Positions 11,881 through 47,199 of a stretch of 64,000 nucleotides of DNA are shown one piece after another. Below the pieces are notes generated by a model. That model was not told where the DNA came from. It searched no databases and worked only from the letters and a program-made list of their open reading frames with translations. The DNA comes from Octopus sinensis. Taxonomy: Eukaryota. The position numbers were made by a program, and so were the translations under genes. Every line of letters starts with the position of its first letter. The first letter of the stretch is position 1. Where the stretch lies: positions 6,014,001 to 6,078,000 of the forward strand of contig NC_043014.1 in NCBI RefSeq assembly GCF_006345805.1, written 5' to 3'.

Positions 11881-12927
11881 TCAACATGTCTTCCGGTTTC
11901 TAAATTCCACTTACCAGCTTTGGTCAGCTGGAAGTTTTATTAAAAGAACTCGCCTAAGTTACTGCAGAGCAGGCCCGAAGCCTAAACTACATTGTTGTCA
12001 ACTGAATTCACCAGAAATCCAATTCTGTGACCAATCAAACCCCATAAAATAAACAGAAAAGTCATTAACAATTACTATTATATAGAAGTATGGATTTTGA
12101 GAATAAATTTAATCTTTAAATAAACACACACGCGCGCACAAACACACATATGCATGCATACATGCTAACATACACACTAACATACGCACATACATGCATG
12201 TATGCAGGCAGCCATTCTTGCATACATTCATATGTATATATGTATACATGTACGTACAAGTAAACTCCAAATCACTAATAGTTTGGAGTTTGGAGTTTAG
12301 GAAATAAATCTAGCCTGAATAGAAAACTAGAATGGAGCACTAGCACACACCACAACATATGACGATAGAGGATACAGAAAACATAATAAATACACAGATA
12401 AATAAACAAATAGAAATAAATAACTATATATATATTTTTTTTCGATTCGATTTATTATTATTATTACTAGAATTGTTGTTATAAATATATAAAAGCATAT
12501 GTAATGATAATAATAAGTGGATGTAAATACATGAACAAAATAAGAATAAACAAAAACAACAACAACAAAAACAAAATACAAATTACATGAACGTATATAA
12601 ACAGAAGATAGAAATATTACAGGCATCCCCCCACATACACACACTAAATAAACATAGACGCACATAGAGATATAAGCATGCGCAAATGAAGACATACAAT
12701 AGAAATACAAAATGGCTGACGGTTAGTAAGGAGAGACACAAATAAGAAAGAAGATATCAAAGGACCACTGATGCGATCACAGGAGTGTGACGAAATAACT
12801 CCGGCCGAAATAAGATTAAGATTAATGTAAAAAATAAATAACACTGAAGCAAAATAACACCAAATATATAGTGCGTGTGTTTTTATTAGCTAAATTGGCA
12901 AAATGACCATTCCGAAATATAACAATA

Positions 12928-13002
<75 letters not shown>

Positions 13003-13178
13003 TTATTTATTATTTATTACATATATATATGTATACATATGTATATAAGTGTGTGCGTATGTATGTGTGTATATGCTTACATACATATATATATATATGT
13101 GTGTGTATATGTATATATAATATATATATGTATATATATATGTATATATGTATGTGTATATATATATATTTTTTTTAA

Positions 13179-13376
13179 TTTTACTTGTTTCAGTCATTTG
13201 ACTGCGGCCATGCTGGGGCACCGCCTTTAGTCGAGCAAATCGACCCCGGGACTTATTCTTTGTAAGCCCAGTACTTATTCTATCGGTCTCTTTTGCCGAA
13301 CCGCTAAGTTACGGGGACGTAAACACACCAGCATCGGTTGTCAAGCAATGCTAGGGGGACAAACACAGACACACAA

Positions 13377-13409
<33 letters not shown>

Positions 13410-13536
13410 CATATATACGACAGGCTTCTTTCAGTTTCCGTCTACCAAATCCACTCACAAGGCTTTGGTCGGCCCGGGGCTATAGCAGAAGACACTTGCC
13501 CAAGATGCCACGCAGTGGGACTGAACCCGCAACCAT
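13179..13536 (-). mobile_element. SINE-B, head truncated
   Basis: Homology to other copies. Confidence 0.85.
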
Positions 13537-13647
13537 ATATATTTATGTACACATATATATATGTATATATGTAAATATATATGTATGTATATATGTATAT
13601 ATATATATATGTATGTAAATATATATATATGTATATATGTATATATA

Positions 13648-13955
13648 GGGATTGCACCTAGAAAGTTATCCTCCTAGACACAAGTCCGGGCAAGGTTGTT
13701 TATGGAAGGCCAGCAGTCGCCCATGCATACCAGCCTCCCCTCTCCACGCCACCAGTGTTATCCAAGGGAAAGACAAAGGTCGATACAGCTTGGCACCAGT
13801 GACGTCGCAACTCATTTCTACAGCTGAGTGAACTGGAGCAACGTGAATTAAAGTGCCTTGCTCGAGAACACAACACGCAGCCCGGTCCGGGATTCGAGCT
13901 CACAACCTCACGATCGTAAGCTCGACGCTCTAACCACTGAGCCATGCGCCTTCAC
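13648..13955 (-). mobile_element. SINE-C (tRNA-like head GGCGCATGGCTCAGTGGTTAGAGC, B box GAATCCC)
   Basis: A second copy lies at 58377-58710 on the + strand. Confidence 0.8.
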
Positions 13956-14382
13956 ATATATATGTATATAATAAATAGTTAATTATATAAAACATCGTTT
14001 CATATCAACTTTCTATGAATTACGTAATAGGAGAATGGGGTGCGGTAAACAAAGTTTTCTGGAATACACTCTGCCCATTTACGATTAAATGAAGGCAGTT
14101 TTTGACCTTAATAATATAACGGTTTCATGGAAATGGTAACCAAAATGTAAGGAACCGTAAGTAAATATATAAATCCTAAAAATCTTACAAATTGGTGTAG
14201 ATTTTTTTTTTTATATTATACTGTTTCTGGGAAATAAGAAATATTTGAAAAATTTCTGTGATAATATCAAAGCTTCTACATCCGTTTGTAGAGCCAATCG
14301 TTAAGACGTACGTGCTCTATCTACTGTTTTTATTTACGAAATTAAGGGTATGAGTTTAGTAGGGTTTTGTGCTGGTATGTTG

Positions 14383-14416
14383 TATATATAAGGTCTAGTA
14401 TATATAGTTAGTTACA
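14383..14416 (+). promoter_or_regulatory. Candidate TATA box and initiator for the C4-like gene
   Basis: TATATATAAG at about 14383-14392 and a TTAGTT Inr-like motif about 25-30 nt downstream, roughly 90 nt before the ATG. These motifs are common in AT-rich DNA. Confidence 0.4.
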
Positions 14417-14500
14417 GCTCTTCAACTTGGATCTACGTAAGATCGTTCTTCAAAATACCGTTTAACGACAAAAGCCATTAACGGTGGCCACACCAACACG

Positions 14501-38206
<23,706 letters not shown>

Positions 38207-38453
38207 ATAGAACACAATTGAGCCCATTTCAATTTGAAAATATATGTGTAAATTGCATGTGATAATACGTAAAAACATAATTTTGTTTCATAATATTTTA
38301 TTGAAGCATATTTTTTAAATAAGTTGCAGTATAATTTTTAGAAAAATATTCGAAACGAGAGGGATGTTCAAGAAGAACAATGTAAACCTCAGCGAATAAT
38401 TCTTGAAAAACATTATATGGGTTTAGTTTATCGTAATACATTTATATATAGGA

Positions 38454-38459
38454 AATAAA
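38454..38459 (+). terminator. Candidate polyadenylation signal
   Basis: First AATAAA after the stop codon, about 250 nt downstream. Confidence 0.3.
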
Positions 38460-38839
38460 ATTATATATTGTCATCTGTCTGAGTTTTTAACTTTTGTTTC
38501 CAGAAATAAATTCCTAAACTAGCCATATGTCTACTCTTAACCTTCTCAGGTTTCCCTTCATTAAAAGGTAGGTAAAATTTAGACAGAGCCATTTCCATTT
38601 GGTCGATCTTATGAAACATTTGTAGCTCAAGGAATTGGTACTTATTCAGAGCAGAACACATTAGAACTACTGGTTAGTCGTGCATCATTAAATATCAGAT
38701 TCTAAAATTAGTTGGGAACGACAGGTAACTTCTAATGAAATGTTCCATGAATTAGCTCATCATACACAAGAAGAGCATATGACAACTGAACTTCCTCAAA
38801 ATGTATATAACTCCGTTTTTATGGCATAATGAAGATAAA

Positions 38840-39235
38840 TCTTTATATATAAAAGTGAAGTTGTGTGTCTGTCTCCTACGATTTAGATTCCTAACTACTC
38901 CCACATTTTGCGGTGCAGTTTAACCAAAACCGGGTATCTTATAGTCGTGATTCATGTCGAGCCCTTCTGGGTATTAGCGCGCGTCTACGATGAGTCTACG
39001 ATTTAAAAAAAATTTACCATCATTTTTTTTCCATTTTAATGCATTTTTTCGCTATTATATAAGGGAAGTAACTCTCTAAAAATGTCTACGATGAGTCAAC
39101 GATTTTTAAAAAAATTTACCATCATTTTTTTTCCATTTTTAATGCATTTTTTTCCTATTTTTTGGCTATAACTCTAAAAATGCTTATATAGTTATTTCCC
39201 TTACAAACCCGAGCAACGCCGGGCGATACTGCTAG
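38840..39235 (+). mobile_element. Helitron family H, duplication variant
   Basis: A|TC...CTAG|T termini. Confidence 0.85.
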
Positions 39236-39493
39236 TTAGTTCTAAAAAGGTTAATTCTTAACTCTACAGCTTCAAACATAACCCTTTCCAAATCCATTGA
39301 TCTAACAAACGGAACTCAGAAAAAGTATAACGGCTTCGGCAACAGCAAAACTCCCACACGTATTCTAACTGACATCGACATCAGAAGATTTCGATTCGAT
39401 CCCTCACTTATTAACTTACACAACATAAAAATTGCGGCAAAGCTGCATGATAGCGGCGTCTGACGTGACATCCAGACCATTATATAATTTCTT

Positions 39494-39720
39494 AAGGCAG
39501 CGAGCTGGCAGAAACGTTAGCACGCCGGGCGAAATGCGTAGCCGTATTTCGTCTGCCGTTGCGTTCTGGGTTCAAATTCCGCCGAGGTCGACTTTGCCTT
39601 TCATCCTTTCGGAGTCGATAAATTAAGTACCAGTTACGCACTGGTGTTATCGACTTAATCCGTTTGTCTATCCTTGTTTGTCCCCTCTGTGTTTAGCCCC
39701 TTGTGGATAGTAAAGAAATA
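39494..39720 (+). mobile_element. SINE-A monomer with head
   Basis: Head GGCAGCGAGCTGGCAGAAACG; near-TSD TATATAA(T/C)TTCTT at 39481-39493 and 39721-39733. Confidence 0.85.
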
Positions 39721-39855
39721 TATATAACTTCTTTGACATTGCGTTTTTATTTTTCATTTCCTTTTTATTTTGACATGCCTATTGCTTTCGTATTCTTCTC
39801 TTCCGTTTTACGAATTCAGTGTGCACATGCGCATTGCGTGTTCATACTTCTCTTT

Positions 39856-40337
39856 CTGATTTCTACTCAAAACTGTTTATAGATCACAACCATCTCACGA
39901 ACCAGCGGTCGTGAGGAGCGCGTCACGCTTCGATGGTTGAGACAAAATACTCAACATCACCTAAAAAAAAACAATAAGAAATGCTGGCTATCAAAATTAT
40001 CCTTCTGGCCGCCAAACCTATGTCATTCCCAAGAACAATATTTCTAGAACCTGCAATGCCTCGTAAAAGATAAAAGGTTTCTCCTTCCCATCTACTCTGA
40101 TTTCTACTCAAAACTGTTTATAGATCACAACCATCTCACGAACCAGCGGTCGTGAGGAGCGCGCCACGCTTCTATGGTTGTGACAAAATACTCAACATCA
40201 CCTAAAAAAAAACAATAAGAAATGCTGGTTATCAAAATTATCCTTCTGGCCGCCAAACCTATGTCATTCCCAAGAACAATATTTCTAGAACCTGCAATGC
40301 CTCGTAAAAGATAAAAGGTTTCTCCTTCCCATCTACT
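39856..40337. repeat. 241-bp direct tandem duplication
   Basis: Units at 39856-40096 and 40097-40337 with only a few substitutions. Confidence 0.95.
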
Positions 40338-40699
40338 CTTTTCAAACATCACATCAGCCTTCCTTCATCTAAAACAACATACAAACAACCTCGTACGCGG
40401 AGGATATAACACTCACACATTAACACTATCCTTTAGACACTGTTGCATAAGTACTTAAACATCTACTGAAATAAAGAAATATAATTCCAGTTCGATAAAT
40501 TTAAAGAAGCAGCAATCACAGCAACAGCAGGGGACATCACGCATTCAACAACATAAATATACCACACTCACTGAAAATAAATAGCCTTGGGGTTACATAC
40601 ATTTCCAATACAACATTTAGATCCATCGAGAGCTATACCAGTCCTATCTAAGTCGTCAAAATTTCCGCGGCATACCATAAACTAAAAGAAAAATCAACT

Positions 40700-40869
40700 A
40701 GGCACAGGAGTGTCTGTGTGGTACGTAGCTTGCTAACCAACCACATGGTTCCGGGTTCAGTCCCACTGAGTGGCATCTTGGGCAAGTGTCTTCTGCTATA
40801 GCCTCGGGCCGACCAAAGCCTTGTGAGTGAATTTGGTAGACGGAAACTGAAAAAAGCCTGTCGTATATA

Positions 40870-40920
<51 letters not shown>
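40700..40920 (+). mobile_element. SINE-B 5' half, followed by a Helitron in its (TA)n
   Basis: Head and 5' body, then (TA)n, then the Helitron. Confidence 0.8.
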
Positions 40921-40921
<1 letters not shown>

Positions 40922-40924
<3 letters not shown>

Positions 40925-41318
40925 TTATATATAAAAGAGAGGTTGTGTGCTGTCTGTCTCCTACGATTTAGATTCCTAACTACTCCCACATTTTGCGGTG
41001 CAGTTTAAACCAAAACCGGGTATCTTATAGTCGTGATTCATATCGAGCCCGTCTGGGTATTAGCGCGCGTCTACGATGAGTACGATTTTTTAAAAAAATT
41101 ACCATCAATTTTGTCATTTTTAATGCATTTTTGGCATATATAAGGGAAGTAACTCTCTAAAAATTTATTATTAAATCTCAGAACGTAAAAAGCTACAGTA
41201 ACATCACCCCACCTTTGTGGTTAGCCATATTAAGATGGCTATTATACGTTACATCTCTAAAAATGCTTATATATTTATTTCCCTTACAAACCTGAGCAAC
41301 GCCGGGTGATACTGCTAG
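40922..41318 (+). mobile_element. Helitron family H, insert variant
   Basis: A|TC...CTAG|T termini; same internal insert as the 37178 copy. Confidence 0.85.
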
Positions 41319-41339
41319 TATATATATATGTATATATAT

Positions 41340-41623
41340 AGGCGTAGGAGTGGCTGTGTGGTAAGTAGCTTGCTAACCAACCACATGGTCCGGGTTCAGT
41401 CCCACCGCGTGGCACCTTGGGCAAGTGTCTTCTACTATAGCCCCGGGCTGACCAATGCCTTGTGAGTGGATTTGGTAGACGGAAACTGAAAGAAGCCTGT
41501 CGTATATATGCATATATATATTATATATATATATATATATATATGTAATATATATATGCATATATATATATATATATGCATATATATATATATATATATA
41601 TATGCATATATATATTATATATA

Positions 41624-41675
<52 letters not shown>

Positions 41676-41900
41676 TATGTATGTATGTTTGTGTGTCTGT
41701 GTTTGTCCCTCTAGCATTGCTTGACAACCGACGTTGGTGTGTTTACGTCCCCGTCACTTAGCGGTTCGGCAAAAAGAGACCGATAGAATAAGTACTGGGC
41801 TAACAAAGAATAAGTCCCGGGGTCGATTTGCTCGACTAAAGGCGGTGCTCCAGCATGGCCGCAGTCAAATGATTGAAACAAGTAAAAATAGTAAAAGAGA
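41340..41900 (+). mobile_element. SINE-B with expanded central microsatellite
   Basis: Full-length copy. Confidence 0.85.
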
Positions 41901-42191
41901 GTAAGCAGTGCATTGCACCCTGCAACTGGTTGTGCACAGATCACACGCACACATATAACGAAGCATATACGTCAAAAATTAAAGACAACGTCGATGTGTG
42001 ATCCGCATAGTTTTATACTGTAGTCAGTTTTAATTTACATTGTCGTTGTCACCACATCAAAGACTACCTCCTGACATGCAGACAACATCCCAGAGCATCC
42101 TTATAAAAACATCATAAACACTCTCTTTTCCCATTCAACCTGAACAAGCATACAACACAAGGATACATGCACAAGTAATAGCAACGTTAAT

Positions 42192-43020
42192 AAAGGCGGT
42201 GAGCTGGCAGAAACGTTAGCACGCCAGAGGAAATGCGTAGCCGTATTTCGTCTGCCGTTACGTTCTGGGTTCAAATTCCGCCGAGATCGACTTTGCCTTT
42301 CATCCTTTCGTGGTTGATAAATTAAGTACCAGTTACGCACTGGGGTCGATATAATCGACTTAATCCGTTTGTCTGTCCTTGTTTGTCCCCTCTGTGTTTA
42401 GCCTCTTGTGGGTAGTAAAGAAATAGGTATTTCGTCTGCCGCTACGTTCTGAGTCCAAATTCCGCCGAGATCGACTTTGCCTTTCATCCTTTCGTGGTTG
42501 ATAAATTAAGTACCAGTTACGCACTGGGGTCGATATAATCGACTTAATCCGTTTGTCTGTCCTTGTTTGTCCCCTCTGTGTTTAGCCTCTTGTGGGTAGT
42601 AAAGAAATAGGTATTTCGTCTGCCGCTACGTTCTGAGTCCAAATTCCGCCGAGGTCGACTTTGCCTTTCATCCTTTCGGGGTCGATTAAATAAGTACCAG
42701 TTACGCACTGGGGTCGATATAATCGACTTAATCAGTATTTCGGTCCTTGTTTGTCCCCTATGTGTTTAGCCCCTTGTGGGTAGTAAAAAAATAGGTATTT
42801 CGTCTGCCGTTACGTTCTGAGTTCAAATTCCGCCGAGGTCGACTTTGCCTTTCATCCTTTCGGGGTCGATTAAATAAGTACTCCCACACGTATTCTAACT
42901 GACATCGACATCAGAAGATTTCGATTCGATTCCTCACTTATAATCGACTTATAATCGACTTAATCCGTTTGTCTATCCTTGTTTGTCCCTTCTGTGTGTA
43001 GCCCCTTGTGGGTAGTATAA
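42192..43020 (+). repeat. SINE-A multimer, 4 bodies; the last carries a 62-nt foreign insert
   Basis: Junctions AAATAGGTATTTCGTC at 184-bp spacing. Confidence 0.88.
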
Positions 43021-43377
43021 AATTTAGTAACAACGTTAGTAACTTCATTGGCCATCAGACAGTGTTGAGATGCCTATCATTAACAATTGCGAAAGTACAG
43101 CAACAGTTATACTCGCATAGAGTCCGCTTTGCATTCCTATAATGCAGTCATCACCAAATTCTACGGTCATACAGAAATAGTTTGCACAGTGGAAAGAGTG
43201 TTATATGTCCACTGAGCCCAATAGCGATCCGTCAGAGGATGTCGGAATGACGAGTTTGTCATCGGCAACGAGGACATGAGGTGGAAACATGATATGCTAG
43301 CTAGAACAATAGGGAATATGGTAAAAGGGAAAAAGAATCAAAGCAAATTACGATAAACATATTGAAATAATTAGATC

Positions 43378-43608
43378 TCTTTTATACTCTTTTACTCTTT
43401 TATTTGTTTCGGTCATTTGACTGCGGCCATGCTGGAGCACCGCCTTTAATCGAGCAACTCGACCCCGGGACTTATTCTTTTGCAAGCCCAGTTCTTATTC
43501 TATCGGTCTCTTTTGCCGAACCGGTAAGTAACGGGGACATAAACACACCAGCATCGGTTGTCAAGCAATGCCAGGGGGACAAACACAGACACACAAACAC
43601 ACACACGC

Positions 43609-43642
<34 letters not shown>

Positions 43643-43814
43643 CATATATACGACGGGCTTCTTTCAGTTTCCGTCTACCAAATCCACTCACAAGGCTTTG
43701 GTTGGCCCGAGGCTATAGTAGAAGACACTTGCCCAAGGTGCCACGCAGTGGGACTGAACCCAGAACCATGTGGTTGGTAAACAAGCTACTTACCACACAG
43801 CCACTCCTGCGCCT
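43378..43814 (-). mobile_element. SINE-B
   Basis: Full-length copy. Confidence 0.85.
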
Positions 43815-44029
43815 ATAGATCGATAAAAAAATTATGTGGAAAATTAAATGCAACCAAATTAAATCATATCCGACCTGACGGTGTTGCCTGGAACCACAAA
43901 TTAAAGACAAACTCTGTAATGGAACGACAGTGCACGATTTATGTTAATGAGGTAAAGAAAATACAGGAGAAAAACATAATGGACCATTGAATGTGAGTTT
44001 GCCGATCCAGTACCCAAAAATCACTCACA

Positions 44030-44420
44030 GCTTTCTATTATTATGGATGGAAGCACTCCGTCGGTTACGAGGACGAGGGTTCCGGTTGATCCGATCAACG
44101 GAACAGCCTGCTCGTGAAATTAACGTGTGAGTGGCTGAGCACTCCACAGACACGTGTATCCTTAACGTAGTTCTCGGGGACACAGAGAGTGACAAGGCCG
44201 GCCCTTTGAAATACAGGTACAACAGAAACAGGAAGTAAGAGTGAGATAAAGTTGTGGTGAAAGAGTACAGCAGGGATCACCACCATCCCCTGCCGGAGCC
44301 TCGTGGAGCTCTTAGGTGTTTTCGCTCAATAAACACTCACAACGCCCGGTCTGGGAATCGAAACCGTGATCCTACGACCGCGAGTCCGCTGCCCTAACCA
44401 CTGAGCCATTGCGCCTCCTC
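44030..44420 (-). mobile_element. SINE-D relative with an alternative 3' body
   Basis: Body homologous to 27372-27612 (+). Confidence 0.75.
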
Positions 44421-44439
44421 TATTATTATAATGCCGGAA

Positions 44440-44660
44440 TAAAGCGGCGAGCTGGCAGAACCGTTATCACGCTGGGCGGAATGCGTAGCCGTATTTCGTC
44501 CGTCTTTATGTTCTGAGTTCAAATTCAACCGAGTCCGACTTTGCCGTTCATCCTTTCAAGGTCGATGAAAAGAGTACCAGTCAAGCACTGGGGTTGATGT
44601 AATCGACTGTCCCCCTCCCCGAAAGAGTTTCTGACCTTGTGCCTATAGTAGAGAAGATTA
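44440..44660 (+). mobile_element. SINE-A relative sharing head and core but with a different 3' tail
   Basis: GCGGCGAGCTGGCAGAA head and GACTTTGCC..CATCCTTTC..GGTCGAT core, then a tail like that at 28965; similar relics at about 27170-27300 and 54260-54390. Confidence 0.7.
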
Positions 44661-45486
44661 TTATAGTGCCAGAATATGAGGCAGCTGCTTGGATCTGAAA
44701 GTAGACTCGTGGAGAAAGAACTTCTCTCTATGATCCATATGCTACAGATGAACAGAATATGTGGGACGATAAACATTTGTAAGATATTAAAATTTAAAGA
44801 ATTAATAGCCGCATGGAGACTGATGACAGATCGATCCATCGATCCATCCATCCATCCATCCGCCCATCCACACATCCATTCACCCATCCACCCATCCATC
44901 CATCCATCCATCCGTCCATCCGTCCATCCATCCATCCAATATAGGATAAAAAAACTTTTTACCAAAAAAAAATTCCATCAAAGGAGCCAGCATATTAAAA
45001 TACCTTTAAAGGTGAAAATTTAAAGGTGAAAATTTAAAGGTGAAAATTTAAAGGTGAAAACAAGGGCAAAAGAAAAATGATTTCTCTGCCAATATGCTGA
45101 GAATAGACTTTAAACGTCAATCACCACATTACAATATACATTCACTAAAAATACACGTCGAGCTGAAATCGAGGAAAGCAAGCCAACAGAATTTATTTTT
45201 TAAATTCGTTATCTTTGTATTGAATCAATTTCGGGATTAATCCCACGGATTTTTCCCTCTTCAGTAGAGAATACGATAAGAAATAAATGAAATACTTACA
45301 AGCACCCATGGAAAAAAGCAGAAGCAAGAGTCATGAGTACCCGTAAGTACACCAAATGACTGGTAACCACTCAAAGTTGTGGTTCGTGACCGGTCACACG
45401 TGTGCTGAGGCTGGCTAAAGAATTTTACATTTAGATATAAGTGGGGTACTTACGGGTACTCATGACTCTTGCTTCTGCTTTTTTCC

Positions 45487-46242
45487 GTGAGTGAGTGAGT
45501 GAGTGAGTGAGTGAGTGAGTGAGTGAGTGAGTGAATGAGTAAGTGAGTGAATGAGTGAGTGAATGAATGAGTGAGTGAGTGAGTGAATGAGTGAGTGAAT
45601 GAATGAGTGAGTGAGTGGGTGAGTGAGTGAGTGAGTGAGTGAGTGAGTGAATGAGTAAGTGAGTGAGTGAGTGAGTGAGTGAGTGAATGAGTGAATGAGT
45701 GAATGAGTAAGTGAGTGAATGAGTGAGTGAGTGAGTGAGTGAGTGAGTGAGTGAGTGAGTGAGTGAGTGAGTGAGTGAATGAGTGGGTGAGTGAATGAGT
45801 GAGTGAATGAATGAGTAGGTGAGTGAGTGAGTGAGTGAGTGAGTGAGTGAGTGAGTGAGTGAGGAGTGAGTGAGTGAGTGAGTGAGTGGTGAGTGAGTGA
45901 GTGTGTGAGTGGGTGAGTGAATGAGTGAGTGAATGAGTGGGTGAGTGAATGAGTGAGTGAATGAATGAGTAGGTGAGTGAGTGAGTGAGTGAGTGAGTGA
46001 GTGAGGAGTGAGTGAGTGAGTGAGTGAGTGAGTGAGTGAGTGAGTGAGTGAGTGAGTGAGTGAATGAGTGGGTGAGTGAATGAGTGAGTGAATGAATGAG
46101 TAGGTGAGTGAGTGAGTGAGTGAGTGAGGAGTGAGTGAGTGAGTGAGTGAGTGAGTGAGTGAGTGAGTGAGTGAGTGTGTGAGTGAATGAGTGAGTAAGT
46201 GAGTGAGTGAGTAAGTGAGTGAGTGAGTGAATGAGTGAGTGA
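45487..46242. repeat. (GAGT)n microsatellite with higher-order variants, about 755 bp
   Basis: Seen directly in the sequence. Confidence 0.97.
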
Positions 46243-46709
46243 GAGAAAAGATAGAAAGAGAAAGGAGAGAGAGAGAGAGAGTTCGAAACAGCTTACTTGT
46301 GCAGGTATTGTCTCCACTAGCGTTGGGGTGGGCCAGCCTGGACGGCACTTTTCATCCTGTTGTAGGCTATGGCTGTAGGCAATATGTGTTTATTTAGGGG
46401 TCCGAGGGCGGAAAACGGAAGGGCCACTCCAGGCGGCACATACTCAAGCTACGCTAGTGGTTGTCTATCGAATGCTCCGCCAGTAGGTTGCTGAGGGCTT
46501 CAGCAAAGAAGACACACCTTTTTTTTTAAACTAACACTCAACTGCTTTACAGCACACTGACGCCACCTCACGGACATGAGTCCCCTCACTTGTTGGATCT
46601 ACTGAAGTGTCCAATCTTAAGTCCATCCCGATATCATCAGCCCCATTCAAACTCTGAAGTCCTGAAGGTTTGATATGCCATATTGGCAAACAGGTATCTT
46701 CCAAACACC

Positions 46710-46711
<2 letters not shown>

Positions 46712-46807
<96 letters not shown>

Positions 46808-46855
46808 CCTCTTTCTCTCTCCCTCTTTCTCTCTCCCTCTTTCTCTCTCTCTCTT

Positions 46856-46915
<60 letters not shown>

Positions 46916-46960
46916 CCACTCGCTCTCTTTCCCTCTCTCTCTCTCTACCCTCTCTCTTTC

Positions 46961-47018
<58 letters not shown>
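46712..47018. repeat. (CT)n microsatellite
   Basis: Seen directly in the sequence. Confidence 0.97.
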
Positions 47019-47023
<5 letters not shown>

Positions 47024-47199
47024 AGATACATATCTATACGTGCTTTATACTTGTATGGTTAGATGTATATGCATGCAAACACGCAATTACGCACGCGTAC
47101 CTACACGCAACGCATACGTAAATTCGAATATTTTACCACATCGGCAGATTCTAAATAGTTATCTCCCCTGTGTGAATTGGGTTTTTTTTTGTTATTTAT

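Larger units (their letters stand above)
39240..40690 (+). mobile_element. Old, degraded LINE (RT) relic containing nested SINE-A and a 241-bp tandem duplication
   Basis: SYAEDITL (YADD-like) at about 40393-40416 and a K.LGVT-like motif at about 40580. Confidence 0.5.

Noticed and set aside
12766-12812. Hammerhead-like CTGATG…GACGAAA motif
   Set aside because: The core and stem II are too degenerate and stem I is not evident.
44705-44780. Possible + strand exon ([25 protein letters not shown] donor)
   Set aside because: No pyrimidine tract or partner exons, and no recognisable homology.
45005-45060. (TTTAAAGGTGAAAA)x4 and similar short duplications (about 62364-62427, 21838-21888)
   Set aside because: Ordinary slippage repeats with no supporting context.
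45431-46348. 305-aa and 285-aa LTHS-repeat ORFs
   Set aside because: Read-through of the (TCAC)n microsatellite.
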